This document shows, one piece after another, positions 60,744 to 64,000 of a stretch of 64,000 nt of DNA (position 1 is its first letter; every line of letters starts with the position of its first letter). A program made the position numbers and the translations under genes. Under the pieces are notes generated by a model. It did no database searches, was not told where the DNA came from, and saw only the letters and a list, made by a program, of their open reading frames with translations. The DNA comes from Synechococcus sp. (GTDB taxonomy: Bacteria > Cyanobacteriota > Cyanobacteriia > PCC-6307 > Cyanobiaceae): contig JBJBEO010000001.1 in the NCBI GenBank assembly GCA_047284725.1, positions 1,176,203 to 1,240,202 of the forward strand. Direction: 5' to 3'.

Positions 60744-62443
60744 CGATCTCTAAGCGCCTTCGCCTGTGGGGAGGCATGGGGGTCCCACTCCAATGTCATG
60801 GATTTGATGCGGTTGGGTTCACGAATCAACTGGGTTTCTTCCAAACGTCCACGTCGTGCAAAAACAATGGCCAGTTCCGGCTCTCCCTGCAGCAGCAAGG
60901 GCCACTGTTCACTTGAAGTGATGCGGACTCCTCGGACACCCACCACTTCATCTCCGGGAATGAGATTGGCACGATGGCCCGGAGAGTGGTGCCGAACCTC
61001 CTTGATGACCACACCGTTCGATGCGTCCATCACGGTGAGACCGGTCCAACCCGTTTCGGACCTGGAGGGCGTCAGCAACAGGCCGAGAGCATCAACACAG
61101 TCGGCAATGGGAAGACTGTCAACGGTATCAAGCCATTCCGGCAGGTTTGCCGCCAACGAGGGGCAATAATTCGCGATGGTCCTTTGGATGTCTTCACGGG
61201 TATAGCCACGGCCGACAACGCCGAACTGACTCCAAAGGTCTCTCAGCACCTGCGCAAGGGACGCATCAGTCGCTCTGAGACGAACATCAAGGCAGAACGC
61301 GAGGGCTGTACCGAGCTTGTAGTAACTGATTTGGGTCTGTGATCCCGCGGGTGTGGTCTTGTAGAGACGAACCCAGGCTTCCCGGGAGCTATCTGCGAGT
61401 GACTGGACGCTGCGACCAGGATGGAGAAGAACATGCGACAGATCCTTGCCTAGATCTTGAAGCAGGGTCTGTCGATCGGAACGACCGGCAAGAAGGGTGA
61501 GGCAAAGGTCGAAGTAACTGGTGATCCCTTCTGCGAACCAAAGGCAATCACTGATGACGGGGGCACCGTGGTCATAGGGGATGTAATCACTGGGACGTAA
61601 GCGGCGCACATTCCACTGATGCAGGTATTCATGACCAATCAGTTGCAGCAGTTGGTGATATCCACCGGGTTTGGCCAACGCGGGCCAGGCGAACTGAAGG
61701 ACAGCGGCGTGGTCATGCTCCAGACCTCCATAGCCACGATCCAGCAGCTGAATCACCAGCTGATAACAGTCGCCAGCTGGTGGTGGCCCAGCCATGAGGG
61801 CGACCGCCGCCTGACAAACAGCTTCCACGTCGTTCACGAGGGTCTCGGGCCAGCCCATGGGAGGGCACCCGATCAGCATCAGTGAGTGACGACACCCCGC
61901 CACAACGAAGGGACGAGCCTCGAAGGCACCGGCGTGAACCGGACTGTCGACCAGGTGATCGAAATCGGTGCTGATGTAGGCGTCGTCCTGCAATGGCAGA
62001 GGGACATGGCCGTGCCAACCGTCCGGTAACAGGAGTTGCAGACTGTGGGGAAGCCAGCGCTTCCCCTCGACCAACATCGCTGCAGCCGAAAGGCAGAGCG
62101 AGGCAAAGTGTGGGTCGAGCCAGTTCGTACGAACGGTGAGTTGCCGAGCCTCCAGCTGATATGTCAACTCAACGGGAATCAAGGATTCAACGTTGGCCAT
62201 CCATCTCGACGGTGCCACGCGTCGAACGGTTTTCTGCTCTCCTGCCTGGCGCAGAACGAGGCTGTGAAGGTGCTGCGACGGATCCCTGACTGTGTAGGAA
62301 CCGGGAGTCCACACCGGTAATTGCCAGCGTTGTTGAGAATGCTCAGGGGTCCAGCTCACCGACACATTCAGTGTCTGCGACGCCGGATCAGTGAGGTCGA
62401 TACAGAGGTGTACGCCTGAACCGTCAGTCACAGGAGACAGCAA
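60725..62443 (-). CDS. M61 family metallopeptidase with PDZ domain
   Basis: LPVWTPGSY, GGLEH, HEYLHQWNVRRLRP, WFAEGITSY, SYY, C-terminal PDZ. Confidence 0.92.
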   Translation of the reverse strand: MLSPVTDGSGVHLCIDLTDPASQTLNVSVSWTPEHSQQRWQLPVWTPGSYTVRDPSQHLHSLVLRQAGEQKTVRRVAPSRWMANVESLIPVELTYQLEARQLTVRTNWLDPHFASLCLSAAAMLVEGKRWLPHSLQLLLPDGWHGHVPLPLQDDAYISTDFDHLVDSPVHAGAFEARPFVVAGCRHSLMLIGCPPMGWPETLVNDVEAVCQAAVALMAGPPPAGDCYQLVIQLLDRGYGGLEHDHAAVLQFAWPALAKPGGYHQLLQLIGHEYLHQWNVRRLRPSDYIPYDHGAPVISDCLWFAEGITSYFDLCLTLLAGRSDRQTLLQDLGKDLSHVLLHPGRSVQSLADSSREAWVRLYKTTPAGSQTQISYYKLGTALAFCLDVRLRATDASLAQVLRDLWSQFGVVGRGYTREDIQRTIANYCPSLAANLPEWLDTVDSLPIADCVDALGLLLTPSRSETGWTGLTVMDASNGVVIKEVRHHSPGHRANLIPGDEVVGVRGVRITSSEQWPLLLQGEPELAIVFARRGRLEETQLIREPNRIKSMTLEWDPHASPQAKALRDRWFEIV

Positions 62444-62777
62444 TCACAGACTCGGAGATGGACCTGGATTGCACAGAATCGAGCGCCTGTGAGAGGGCGT
62501 ACAGGCGGTTAATCCTTTGAAGTCGTCGCCCATAGGTATCAATTGAACTCTGGCGTTCCACGTCAGCGACCAACTCCAAAGTGTTCGACGTTGTCGCACG
62601 GCGCCATGCAAACGACACACCGCAGCTGTGAGTGGCGATCAGATCAACGCTGGCCTGAACACCTGGAAACGCACTCAACACCCCATTGCGTTGGATGCGG
62701 TAACCCTCTGTTGAGAGAACTGAGGCGAGCCGATTGAGGTCGGTCAGCGCAGTAGGCAGGATGGACAGATGGGACAT
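62424..62777 (-). CDS. Ycf35/DUF1257 family protein
   Basis: MSHLS...T.LTD...L...L, LELVAD, I...YA pattern; start trimmed from the ORF track. Confidence 0.7.
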   Translation of the reverse strand: MSHLSILPTALTDLNRLASVLSTEGYRIQRNGVLSAFPGVQASVDLIATHSCGVSFAWRRATTSNTLELVADVERQSSIDTYGRRLQRINRLYALSQALDSVQSRSISESVIAVSCD

Positions 62778-62784
62778 GGTCTGA

Positions 62785-63471
62785 ATGCCCGCTTTGTCGA
62801 ACCATAGCCACTGCCAACAACCCGCGGATCGTGATGATTCCGTCCTGATCGCCCCAAGACCGACTGATCCTTGGCCGAGGTTTTCTCCACCCTTGAGGTT
62901 GGGGGTGATGGCCTCAGGTACGGGCAGCAATTTTGAGGCTCTAGTTCAGGCCAGTCAACACGAGCTCGAAGCTGAGATCTGCTGTTTGGTGGTGAACAAC
63001 CCAGGCTGCGGTGCCCAGTTGAAAGCCGAACGGCATGACATTCCCTCTGTGGTTCTTGATCACCGTCTCTACAACCGGCGTGAAGATCTTGATCACGCCC
63101 TGATCCGTGTCTTCCTGGCTGAACGTGTGGAGGTGGTGGTGATGGCGGGATGGATGCGGATCGTCACTCCATTGTTGATCCATGCCTTTCAGGGTCGTTT
63201 GATCAATCTTCATCCATCGCTTCTTCCCAGTTTCAGGGGAATGAATGCCGTCGGCCAGGCTCTGGAAGCGGGTGTTTCCATTTCGGGTTGTACCGCCCAC
63301 CTCGTCTCTGAAGAGGTCGATGCCGGTGCGGTGATTTGTCAGGCAGCGATACCCGTTCTGGCCGGCGACACCGAAGCCACCCTTTCTGAGCGTCTTCATA
63401 CCCAGGAACACAGGATGTATCCCTGGGCTGTGGCGTTGCTGGGACAACGGATCAGAAACGCTCAGGGGTAG
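62785..63471 (+). CDS. purN: Phosphoribosylglycinamide formyltransferase
   Basis: ASGTGSNF, MAGWMRI, INLHPSLLPSF.G, GCTAH, D.G, EH. Confidence 0.95.
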   Translation: MPALSNHSHCQQPADRDDSVLIAPRPTDPWPRFSPPLRLGVMASGTGSNFEALVQASQHELEAEICCLVVNNPGCGAQLKAERHDIPSVVLDHRLYNRREDLDHALIRVFLAERVEVVVMAGWMRIVTPLLIHAFQGRLINLHPSLLPSFRGMNAVGQALEAGVSISGCTAHLVSEEVDAGAVICQAAIPVLAGDTEATLSERLHTQEHRMYPWAVALLGQRIRNAQG

Positions 63472-64000
63472 AAGGGTTCGAGTGGAAGGCCCGTAATGGC
63501 AGGAAGACCCGCCATCAAATTGAGACATTGCACGCCCTGGCCTGCCTGACCCTTCATCAGGTTGTCGACAGCACTCATCAGGACCAGCTGTCCTGTGCGG
63601 TTATCCACTTGAACCGATAACAGGGCCTGATTGGTGTGTTTCGCCCACTTGGTGGCGGGATAAGTGCCCACTGGCAGGACCCTCACACAGGGGTGGTGCC
63701 GATACACCGCTTCCAACACCGTTCGGCAGTCATCAGCGGTCAGACCTGGATCACGAAGGCGGGCATAGACCGTGGACAGGAGTCCACGCACCATCGGCAC
63801 CAGATGAGGGGTGAACTGCAGGTTGATTCCACAGCCAGCCACTGCCGAGGCCATCTGTTCAATTTCAGAGGTGTGTCGATGCCCCACCACGCCATAGGGG
63901 CAGATGGACTCTGAGGCTTCTGCCAGCAGCAGGTGTTCCTTGGCTGCTCGTCCACCTCCGGACGTACCGGTTTTAGCGTCAATGATCAAGCCATCGGTTT
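63462..64000 (-). CDS. argC: N-acetyl-gamma-glutamyl-phosphate reductase, 5' part beyond window
   Basis: IDAKTGTSGGGR, HRH.SEI, FTPHLVPMVRG, DNLMKGQAGQGVQ.LN. Confidence 0.95.
   Translation of the reverse strand, partial: TDGLIIDAKTGTSGGGRAAKEHLLLAEASESICPYGVVGHRHTSEIEQMASAVAGCGINLQFTPHLVPMVRGLLSTVYARLRDPGLTADDCRTVLEAVYRHHPCVRVLPVGTYPATKWAKHTNQALLSVQVDNRTGQLVLMSAVDNLMKGQAGQGVQCLNLMAGLPAITGLPLEPFYP

Overview
This 64-kb window is gene-dense, roughly 60% GC core chromosome from a picocyanobacterium, most like marine Synechococcus (apcD, psb32, pxcA, ccb4, cyanobacterial hfq between dapF and leuS). It holds about 55 CDS, mostly housekeeping: ftsH, rpmF, rpmG, rpsR, metG, pheT, leuS, metH, cobN, cobU, ilvE, uvrC, a PhrB-type photolyase, coaD-cdv3, dacB, dapF, pgi, purN and argC. 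There is one tRNA(CAT) and several terminators. I found no rRNA, CRISPR array, transposase, integrase or prophage. The most unusual element is the only large non-coding stretch (about 24734-25645). It carries 13 copies of GTCTYR, many spaced 11-12 bp apart like iterons, plus a strong 43-bp palindrome. It lies directly downstream of a gene fusing a ribbon-helix-helix-like N-terminus to a C-terminal HPD J-domain, which suggests a DNA-tethered Hsp70-recruiting system. Other leads: a Cys4 tail on DapF coupled to a cysteine desulfurase, a cryptic lytic-transglycosylase-like gene facing an amidase, and a compact sigma-factor module. All annotations come from motif recognition by eye; no database searches were run.
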